A stretch of 64,000 nt of DNA from Auanema rhodensis (Eukaryota; Animalia; Nematoda). Positions within the stretch are counted from its first letter, which is position 1, and each line of letters begins with the position of its first letter. Location of the stretch: NCBI GenBank assembly GCA_964057225.1, contig OZ059899.1, positions 15,376,001 through 15,440,000 of the forward strand, read 5' to 3'. A model generated the notes under the pieces. It was given only the letters and a program-made list of their open reading frames with translations. It was not told the DNA's origin and ran no database searches. The position numbers and the translations under genes were made by a program. This document shows positions 11,751 to 22,105 of the stretch, piece after piece.

Positions 11751-14700
11751 TCATTCTATTTTTGCCCATTTAACAAAACTTGGGACGGTCCTTGATGGAA
11801 TATTTTGACTTGTAGCTTTAATACAGATTCCACGATCTTCCGATAAGAGGACTACGTTTCTATATATCGGAGGGCTATCTAACGATGGAAGAGCAACATC
11901 CGTAAACGATTGAACAGAGAAGTTTTCCACAAACGAAGTACAACTTTGTAATATTCTATCATCATTCACCTGAACCAATACTGTTCTTAATCGAAGAAAA
12001 ATCACAATATTTACCTTTCCCAATCCATAATCACCAATTTCTTCACTAACTATACATATGACCAACTTTTTGCCTTGTGTCGTCAGGGTATTCATTTTCG
12101 GACATTTTTCTTTGGCTTTCTCTTTAAGCCAAGCTATTGCTCTTTTAGCTTCTTCCCTGACAAACGTGCCATGCATACTAGAACTTTCTATTCCTTTATT
12201 TTGACTTAAACCAAGAAGTTCTTCGATTACTGAATAAATATAATTTTAAAGTATTGATCCACACTTTTTAAATTACCTATTGTAGGTATAATGATTTGGA
12301 ACCGGCCACATTCAACAAGCTTTTGAACTAGAGCAAGGTGATGAACAAAAGCATTAGTATCCAAAATAAGATTCAGGGGGCGCACAACGATTACAGCCTT
12401 TTGCTTGTTCTTTTCAAATTCTAGAAGTTCATCCCTTGTTCGATCAACTTCATCGCTTGTATCACTCTATAACAGAAAAAATAAATACATTTCGATAACG
12501 GAAATCTTACAGTTTTCGAATTTCCTCTCGATTTTGAAAGTTCTGTCTCAGTGTCCTCATCACGATTCCAATTATTACTACGAAACTCGGCAGCACTTTC
12601 ATCAAAATAGAAACTACTCAAGCAAGAACCATCGATATACTCGGAAGCAACAAGAAGATTTCGTAATCGTAGATGTAACTCAAGGGGAGCCTGAAAAATA
12701 TACCAAATATGAAATGAAAACAGATATCTGGAGAACTATAACTAACACGTTCTCCAGCTTCGCCAGGAAGATTAATTTCAGAAGTTTTTGGAACAGGTGA
12801 GAAAATGCTTAAGAAAGATGAAACAAAAACAAGTTCAGGAAGAACACATTGCTTACTATCTGAAAATATAGCCTTAGAGAATTAAAATTACGTTAAATCA
12901 TACTTTCTTCAGTTTCTAGCTTTCCTAATAAATTAGCATCTTCTAATTGAACAAGCTTATTGGCAATATCAGCAAGTTTTTCCCAAGTGTTCAGTTTAAC
13001 TGAATTAATAATAGATTAGTTTTATGATGAATATATATTATTAATTTACCAGTTTGAATAGGAAGTGGATCTACAGATGGCATGGTTCGATAAATATTTG
13101 AAGCATGAGGACAGGAAAGCCATTCAGAAACAATACCAATGGATGGAAGAACCCGTGATATCTGAAAAGAATTAATAATAACAGTAGTATGTTATGAATA
13201 GAACTTACCACTTTTGGTATAGGCTCTTCACCTTTCAAATATATAGATAGATTTCCTAATTCAGCATGTACAGGTTGAAGTAATGCTCCAAATAATGAAA
13301 TTACTGTTTGAACCGCCAGTTGTTGCTGAACAGAGCAGGTCCCAGGTTCACCTTAAAAACTAGTAAATTGAAGACTTACTTTGATTAAAAACATACTTTT
13401 TATGGCAGAAACATGAACAGCATATATAAGTATAAGTGACATTTGGATTAATTGGTTAGAAGTAATAGGTGAATTGGGAATTAGAACTAGCGCTGCTAAT
13501 TGAGAAATTGCTCTCTCTGAGACACTAGTGAAGTGCTCCATTCCAATTTTTGTAATTAGTAATCCAGCGGTATCAATAATATACGAAACAGTTCGCCGGA
13601 GAAGCTGAATTAATTATATTCACAATGTTAGGAGAAAGTGTACAAACCTGAGCTGGTTGTTGCTCTAAATAAACTTCAAAAATATTCGATGCTTGATCTG
13701 GAACTTCATGTATACCGTTCACAGCTACCCATATCTCCCGTGGTCTATCACGGCTAGCTGCGAGCTCAGATTCTCCTTGCACATGTCCTGCTTCGCTATC
13801 TAATACCCCTTCATACTTAGATACCTAGAAGATTATTTAGAAACTCGTGTATAATGTGTAAACTCAACCTTCTTCCGCATTGCAGCCAACCGAACAAATA
13901 GGCGATCTTTAGCAGCTTCAAATGAATGTGTTGCTGCCAGAGCACGAACACAGAAGAAAATTTCATCTAATACTCGAGTCTAAAATAAAGAAAATGAAAG
14001 ATGATTTGCAGTATTTATCAAATATATAGGTAGGAAAGATAGAAGCGGGAAAGCATTAAGCTAGGTAAGAAAGGTTCATTTAATTCTTAATGAACGGCAC
14101 GTTAGACAAGAGGCAGTGTAATTGGATGCTTGAAAGCAAGTGTCATACCGTACCAAATACACCGAAACACATCAACATGTGGTGTTACTAGAAATGAAAT
14201 AAAAATAATTTTAGTATCTATAATTAACATTGGTTAGATATAATCTACATTTAGGTTTATAGATTCTAATTGCAGTATTGTGATTTCGATCATTCTTTGT
14301 TTAAACGTGAACATTGAAGACCAGGAAACAGAGGGAAACATTACTGCATTAGTGATTAATAAAACTGTTGGTATTTGGGAAAACATGGTGTTCTAGAGCT
14401 TCTACGAAAAAAAGTGTGAGACAACACAAAACAGTCTTTAAGTTAGTCGTCGGCTGGTGCGAAGGAAACATATATTAATAGCAAGCAAAAGACGATGTGA
14501 AGAAAAAATTTCCAAAAAGAAGCCCCAGCATTCGAACAACTTAGAGAAAATCGTGAAGTAACGCAAAAAAGTGCAAGATCTTCAGACCTGTCTCTGATTG
14601 GAGAGAATCTGGATGGGGATATGGCGGGCACGGCGAGTGCTACGATACAGCATCTAGAAGGAACGAAGGTACGGTATGACAGAACATTAAAATCAAAAGA

Positions 14701-17700
14701 ATGAAACATTCCACTCAAACTATTGAAACAAGAGTTCCTGTCGAAAAGTTTCTCACTTTTAAACCTAATTTACTCCAACATTTTGAACTTTTCAAATTAA
14801 GTATCGCTAAAAAAAACAGTCAAACTTTAAGGCTTTAAAGGCCAGATGTTTAGTTTGATTCAAATTATATGAATTATGCCAAAGATTCCTATTAATATCA
14901 ATTAGTTTTAAGAATAAAAGCTCACTGAATAAAATGCAACAACAGCCAACTGATTATAAGAATGTCCAGATGACGGCCATAACAAAGAAGATTTCAGATA
15001 CCAGCTGAAATATATTTGATAAATGCGATGATTACCAACTTTCAACGATATATCAAAATACTTTGCAGAATATGAAAACAACAAAAGATGATATGTGGCA
15101 AGGAAGTGAAAAACAAAGTAGATTACATGATAATTACAAACATGTTTTAAAATACCTGCGAGCTAAGGAATAATCCTCGGATCCTTGTACGACACATTTA
15201 TATCTGTGCAAATCCCCCAAAGCAAGAACATGCCTTGAACATGATTTCACAGCAAACTTAAATAAGAAAACTATAAAATTAAGATAAAACTTTCATGTAT
15301 TACCTTCTGTTTCGATGTTAGATTTTGAGTAGGTAACGGAGACGGTAAAACACTACAAAAATCATCGCTTGGCAAGCCTGACGGCCAAACAATCTGTGTT
15401 GATAAGTTTATTTCGAAGTCTTCTTGGTATTTCGTAAGCAGCTTCTCATAAAAGCATATTCCCTTCAAGAAAAACGTTAAGAGGGTGAAGAAAAAACAAA
15501 TAATACGTTGACAATGTGCTCAACCATGATTCCCAAAACAGTTTTTGCGCCAGTTGCATTAGAGTTAGACGCCGTTTTCAAAGCATCAATGATCTAAAAT
15601 AAGTTTAAATTCAAGATTCCAACTTTTAACGATTACACAAACCTTATGAAAAGCTTGCTTCCAAAGGTGTTGTTCTAGATTCATACTGAAGGTGAAATTG
15701 ATATCTTTCGTTATGAATTCATAATAAATATCACAGAGATCCTGACTGTACACTATGACTTTCTTGGCAGCATCAACATCTCGCTTGGCCACTTTAGGCA
15801 AAATTTCGGTAATTGCATCGTTAATCTGAGATAACTTAGCTTTTTTCTCAGCATAACTAGCCATTTTGGCTGAATTTAAATTTTTAAATTTTCGCCTCGC
15901 GACGTCAACGCGTCGCGGTTGTAGTAGTATACCATAGAAACTGTACAGTATTTTGAAAATTTGATGAAAAAAGTTATTTTGTAGTTGATTATTACATTTC
16001 GAATTTTAATTTATAAATATTCATAACTTAGTATTATAAAATTATAAGAAAATAACTGTGAGAGTGAAACTAAATACTATTTTGAGTTCATTCAAATGGA
16101 ATATTTAAAATTTATATACTTTATTATGAGATATGTCTAAACCCCTATATACATTTCGCAGTGTGAGTTAATTTTAATGAAGGATTCAGATTCGATGATG
16201 AATCTTGCGAAAGAACAAACAAACGTCGTCACTAATACTACTCTCGTCCCAATTTTTACACACAAAAATCAACATTTAATACAGCAGATTTTGCTTTTTA
16301 ATGAACTTAAACATATTTTCTTACAGGTCAGAAGATTATTAATCATTCAATTAAATTGTTAATCTGATAATGTTTGAAGTTCAATTGATTTATAAAGCTT
16401 AAAAAGATCTTAAAATTTGATTCAGTAAGTTTTATCTTTTTTTGCTCTTTTATTAAGAAAATCAGTTCACCAAGTTCTGACGCCTGTAAAGTTTATGCAT
16501 TCCTTTTAAAATTATCTAATTTTATTTTCTTATATCATGATTTTTGTAATTTTTCTAGCCCAGTTTCAGTTCTAGACTCCGATTCACGTCAACCTGTAGT
16601 CTCGAATTTGTTCAATTTTTTCTTCAAGGTCGTGTAAAGAAAGAAAGACTGAATCCCAGATTTTCAAGAAAAGGTTAGCACTACCTTCTGCATCCTAGGT
16701 CCCTGGTCTTTCGATATCTGAGCATAGATGGGAAAATCAGAGATTTGCCGATCGTGGAGGGGCATCTCGTCGCTGTCCTCATGCTGTGCGGTAGTGTCCT
16801 TCTGTTTCGGTTCAGCAGCAGCAGAACTGCAACATTGACAGTTCGTACATAGAACTTTAAAATGAGAAAGCGGAGGTCCTTCCTCTCTCTGTGAGGCTAA
16901 CGTTTTAGAAGGATAAATGTCCTACTTACACCCCTACCACCTCTATTTGAATTGAATGTTGTGTTATGATAACAAGTGATATTTCTGAGAGAGAAAGACT
17001 CTCCGCGTTGTTTTTTTTATAATTTAATTGGTTAAAGTGAAGGGAAGATTGTGGGAAACGAGGTATACATGTATGGTTCCGGCATTAAAACACCACCGAC
17101 ATAGGTAGCAAAAGCTATCCCAGAAAAAAAAATTGCTAAGCAGTAACAAGCCATAGCTCCCAAAAGCATATACGATTTATTATTACTTGTGCTGAAACAC
17201 ACACATACACACAAGTTTGGACAACTTGCGATCTGCTTCGTCTACAAGGTTCTCTTAGAGAAAATAGAGACGGCTTGACTACAAGTATGAAAGGACATTA
17301 TTAAATGAAACACACAAGTAGAAGAGAACAATTTGAAAAAATGGATCAAGCAGTGGATAGTCTTTTGTTAAGCAAATGATTAAAATAACCAAAATGTTTC
17401 TTTTTATTCCATAGCTTTGTAGTATCAGATATCCAAAGCTTGAACCCACAATATAGAGAAGCCAGAGTTGACCCAAAATCAATAAAAGAATGCGAGTTAA
17501 CCGGCAATCAGCTAGTGAATTGACTAGGATATTTTCAAAAAATAGCTGGAATACAACATATCTAGAGCATAGAACAGAATACAAAATTAGTAGAAACCCA
17601 ATAAAAGATCAACCAAGATAAAACAACCAACAATGCAATTCACAGAGATTACATATGATGATCGGGATAACTGAGATTGTAAAACCACATACAAAATATA

Positions 17701-20272
17701 AAAATATCTACATAGGGTGAATAATGCAACAGCATTCTAGTTAATAATATAAAACTATAAAATTATGAAAGTTGAACCATTCTAAGTCTTATTAAAGTTA
17801 TTAAAGTATAAAATGTATAAAAAGCTAACAATATAAAAATTTCGAGGTTAAACTTGTGATTAAAACTTGGAGTAAAGAAAGGGGTGAATAGATATAGAGA
17901 GAAAGATAGAGGATTAGTAGAGTGCCGCATAAGAGAGGTAAGGAGTGCCCAGTGTCCATTAGAGGAATTTGCGGAAAAAAAATTCAAAATTTACCTTGCA
18001 GCAGTTCTGTTAGATTTCAGTACAGCTGGAGGACCGCGAATATCTTCTTCAAACAAGGATCTTCATTACCATACATATTGCTAACTACTGACCTTGTTGT
18101 CTAGGATGGTAAATTCTCTGGGATACTGGTCTACGACCACGATTATCAAAGTTTTCTTCATTATGATCCCTGTTAGGGAAAGTTAATCGACTCTTAAATC
18201 GGGAAGGAGGTGCATCGCCACGATCAAAGTCATGATCTCCTTTATACTTAGAAGAGTAGCCTCGTGAATCGGAATAACCATTAGGATCTACAACGAAAGA
18301 ATATACAGAGCTTCATGTTAGATTCAACTAACCATGATTTTCATGATATCTACCATTACGACCATTTTCATGCATACGATTAGACGTTCCATAAGTTTTT
18401 TTGTGTTGTCTCCCTCCTATAAAAATTTAAAAGATGACCAGGCGAACTCAAAATGTAAAACCTCGACTACTCCATTTCTTTTCCTCTCGTTCGAGTTCTT
18501 TAGTTGGTGTTTTTTCTCCGCTAGCAAGATCATCCTCACTCTCGTCTTCTTCAGCAATACTTTCACCGACAGATGAAGAACGGTCACTATCTGAAAAGGA
18601 TTTGATAAAAAACATTAGAAAAAGATGCAGTTTACCTCTACGCATACGTCCTCCCCGATTGTGCATTTTACCTCCACGTCCTCTCCAAGCCTGTTTAGGG
18701 GATTTGGCTCGATCTCTGACATTAACTCGAAGAATTCCGCGAACATTTGACAATTTCGAATCCCCACCAGATTCTTGCTCTTCCAACTCGCTTGCACAAG
18801 CTTCAAGTCTACAATTTTGAAAAAAAGATTAAGCATTCCCGTTCTAAAAACAAACGCACTTTTGTTGTAGTTCCTTTGCCTTTTCTTCCTCTTCTCTGCG
18901 AACCTTCTCATTATATTCTGCTTCCATCTTAAATTAGCGACATTTAATAAATAATTTTTTTAAAAAGTCTAACCTCTTCGCTCCAATTTATGGAACCGAG
19001 CGACTCAAAGGATTCGCAGATCTGACGATAAGTAAGGGACTGATCATCACTAGCTTGGCTTTGAGTCTCCAAACGGGCATCTGCAACGTGCTCCTAAAAC
19101 AAAATAAAATAAAGATATAATGCTAGAGATGTTATACCGGTGCAGGGGGTCGTTCACTTTGGGTACTATTTATAGAATCATTACGTCTTCGACCAGTTTG
19201 CCTCCGATGACCGGCTTCAGCTCGCATTGAAGCTCGTTCATTACCTTTAGGGGGCTAAACAACAAACTTTTAAGAGTAAGAAAAAAAAGACTAACCGCTC
19301 GTTGGAACCTTGAGCCAGGGGAAGAAAACTCTTGAAAATCTCTTCTAAAATCGTTTTTTCTGGGAGAACGATAGTCCAAATATCCGCCAGGTTTTCGACT
19401 GTCATACAAAGATTGCGTTGAATCCTATAAGTTTTAAACAACTATGAATACGAATTTAAAAAACACATACGTAAGGCTTTTGAGATCGATTATATCTAAC
19501 TTCACGGATATCATCTCTGCTTCCCTAAAGGAACAAACAAAAGAATAAAAAAGTTGAAACACATGACATACTTGTCTTGAAGACATCTGGGAACCATTTC
19601 GACTACTATAGTTGCTGTAAGCATCTTCATTATGGTGTCGAGAATCACTACAAAGAATATTAGGAACGTTAAATATTTATTAAAAACAAATCAAACCTGT
19701 TATCATGGCGTCTGTTTCCACCTCCACCGCCTCCCCTAACATAAGTCTTAGACCGAAAAGCATGTGAACTGGAAACAGATGCAGCATCGGGAGTTGTACT
19801 TCCAGAATCTCCTCTATCTATAAAAAGCAAAAAACATCAAAAACATAAATAAGGCAAATCTTACAGGAGTTTTGAGATTCAGAGTCGTTACTCTGTCGCC
19901 GGGTATTATCTAATTTTCGCCCTAAGTAAAGAAATAGCATTAAATTTATAAGAATGTAAATACTAACCAGAAAATCTACCATGTTCAGGTAGCTTATTAG
20001 GACGTTCTCTTACTAATTCAGTTGGAGGTTTCGAAGTGGGAGGAGGAACTCCCAGTGTTAAGTCAGTGCCTTTTCGAAGCATGCCTATGAGAGAAAATTT
20101 AAATAATTGCATGAAGATTTAGAAGAATGCTTATAGAAATATTTTTAAGCGAACAAGTGAAAATGAAATTACCTGGTCGATAAATTTGAATTTCGGGCCT
20201 AGGCTTACGAACACGAACTTCATCTCGTTGCTGCTGATTTTCGAACTTACACTCTTCGTCCTCATCCGGCAT
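11751..20272 (-). CDS. smg-6: SMG-6/EST1A NMD endonuclease (multi-exon, alternatively spliced)
   Basis: First exon MPDEDEE...RKPRPEIQIYRPG carries an EJC-binding motif. It is followed by an R/S/G/D-rich disordered region, then an EST1/14-3-3-like domain (LEQHLWKQAFHK, GDLHRYK, GHSYNQLAVV). The PIN domain retains the acidic residues (LILDTNAFV, VIEEL, NDDRILQSC, LLSEDR) and ends VPSFVKWAKIE*. Confidence 0.93.
14149..14187 (-). other. smg-6: Candidate poison or alternative last exon of smg-6 starting with an in-frame TAA
   Basis: atttcatttctag|TAA...GGTACG|gtatga. In phase 0 the first codon is a stop. Confidence 0.45.
14588..14653 (-). CDS. smg-6: In-frame 66-nt cassette exon of smg-6 (MLYRSTRRARHIPIQILSNQRQ)
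   Basis: Flanked by ttcgttccttctag| and |gtctga. Phase 0/0, matching the neighbouring exons (...VAFYS| and |TRVLDE...). No stop codons; GC-rich within an AT-rich intron. Confidence 0.65.
17032..17191 (-). CDS. smg-6: Candidate alternative last exon of smg-6 encoding a hydrophobic C-terminal transmembrane segment
   Basis: Canonical tttcag acceptor, phase 2, compatible with the upstream exon ending at 17995. Encodes STSNNKSYMLLGAMACYCLAIFFSGIAFATYVGGVLMPEPYMYTSFPTIFPSL*, with ATTAAA just downstream. Confidence 0.55.
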
Positions 20273-22105
20273 TCTGAAGCTGATATATAACTAAGAAACA
20301 AAATTTAACAAGATAAAAACGAAAAAAGGGTAAATAAATGTTGGCATTGCACGTTACACACTAATATTAAACAAGGAGACCTGACTCATCTAAAGGGTAA
20401 ACAGAAGAGCAATCTAACAGAAACTCTGTCTTTCAATTTTCTTATCACAATAGTGTCAAGCGAATACGAAAACGAAGACAAAACGGTTTAGAAACAAAAA
20501 AATCGAAAATATATTGTGTTATTGCACTGGTGTCGAGAACATGAATGACAGACGAGACTCGGCACATCGAGGACGTCTGTTGGGTGGGCGCGAAATAAGC
20601 CAGCGTCACCTACAGAAACAAGTTCATATGCCATAATCATGTTCAAATGTCTAGTACTTTATACCTATGTGAAATTTTTGAAAAAATTGCTATAAAAAAC
20701 ACTAAACAAATACATTGCTCCTTCAGTCTAATAGCAAGATCTGGCTAGATGCTGAGGCGCTTCAACCATACTCCTTCGCATGCCAACCGCTCGCACGTGA
20801 TGGCAGTGACACTGGAGCACATTTCAAGCCATTCTGCCTCTTAGTTTTAATGTCAGCAGGTTCATATCACTGCTCAAGCAGATGATATGGCTTGATTTTT
20901 GGTTTTTCAAACTATATTTAAGATCACATTTGATGAGACCTGCCCAAGTTGTCTTTTTATTTTTCACAAAATATCTTTCTTTCGGGTTTTTTTAAAGATG
21001 CGGTTGTAAGTAAACGCTTCGATGTCTTGTTAATGTTTTCTTTGCTGTCATTGTCGAAATCAGACAATTTGTGACGCTGATGTAGTAGAAAGTTTTATGA
21101 GCTCTGTTCACAGGTTAAGTCATTTGAAAAAAAAAACTTTAAAAATATAAACGAAAACTAAATGAAAATAAACCGGGTTACATTAGAGATGATAAATTCG
21201 TAAATAAAACAATGTGTAATGACAAAAAAAGAGAAAGCGAATTTAAAACAACCAAGTGCTCTTCATAAAAAGAGAAATATATAGATAAAGAAAATTATTA
21301 TCACAATATAAGGAGAATCACCGCTACCATAAAACTGTGTCAAATGTTGAAATAGTACAAAACGTAATTAGAAGCTCTATATAAGTTCTATATTCACTAT
21401 GTACAATATAGAAATATTAATGAGCATACAAGGCTATGTACATATGAAAAACTTTTTTAACATGAGGCTAATTCTAACAATATTCCTCTGAGAATGCGCA
21501 AATCCCACCCGGATAAAGGAACAACGATCGGAAAAATGTGTAAGAGTTGAAAGGTGCTGGATCGAGTCCGATACCAAGTTATAAAGCATGACAGTATGTT
21601 TAGAAGGCACTAAATCAACCTCAAATGCGATCATGTAGAAGCTGAATTTCTAGTCACGGTATCAAACGTACGGAAACCCGACCGAATGTAAAAGAAAGAG
21701 AGTTAGAGAGAGACAGAGAGACTGGGAAGTCAGGGAAACGGATAATGCGAGGAGACACGGGGAAGAAGGCAAATACGACATTGGGGCCACGCAATATTTG
21801 AGGGAGACCGGTCTCTGAACATTCACCTCAATATTATCAATTATCAAAGACGGAACATCTAAAATAGTTCGTAGCACATTCATAATTAGCTTCCACGATG
21901 GTCTATTGAATGAGAAACTAATGAATTAGAACGATATTCCGGCTGAGTTTATAGACCAGACGCGCTGAAACATCCCCCCTCCCCTAAGATAGGCAAGAGG
22001 TGACACCCAAGAGTTAAGAGATTAAGATTAGAGGATGAATGAACATAAAAATGATCACTAATGCATTAACAGAAGAAAAAAAGTCTCAATACAAAACGAA
22101 ATTAA

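Noticed and set aside
14111-14165. mir-34 precursor on the plus strand
   Set aside because: The hairpin has a 4-nt loop directly after the 22-mer and an 8-9-nt asymmetric bulge. The 22-mer also differs from conserved miR-34 at several positions.
17279-17584. 101-aa hydrophobic ORF nested in an smg-6 intron
   Set aside because: It has a non-ATG start and no splice-phase support that I could find. The hydrophobicity is explained by T-rich composition.
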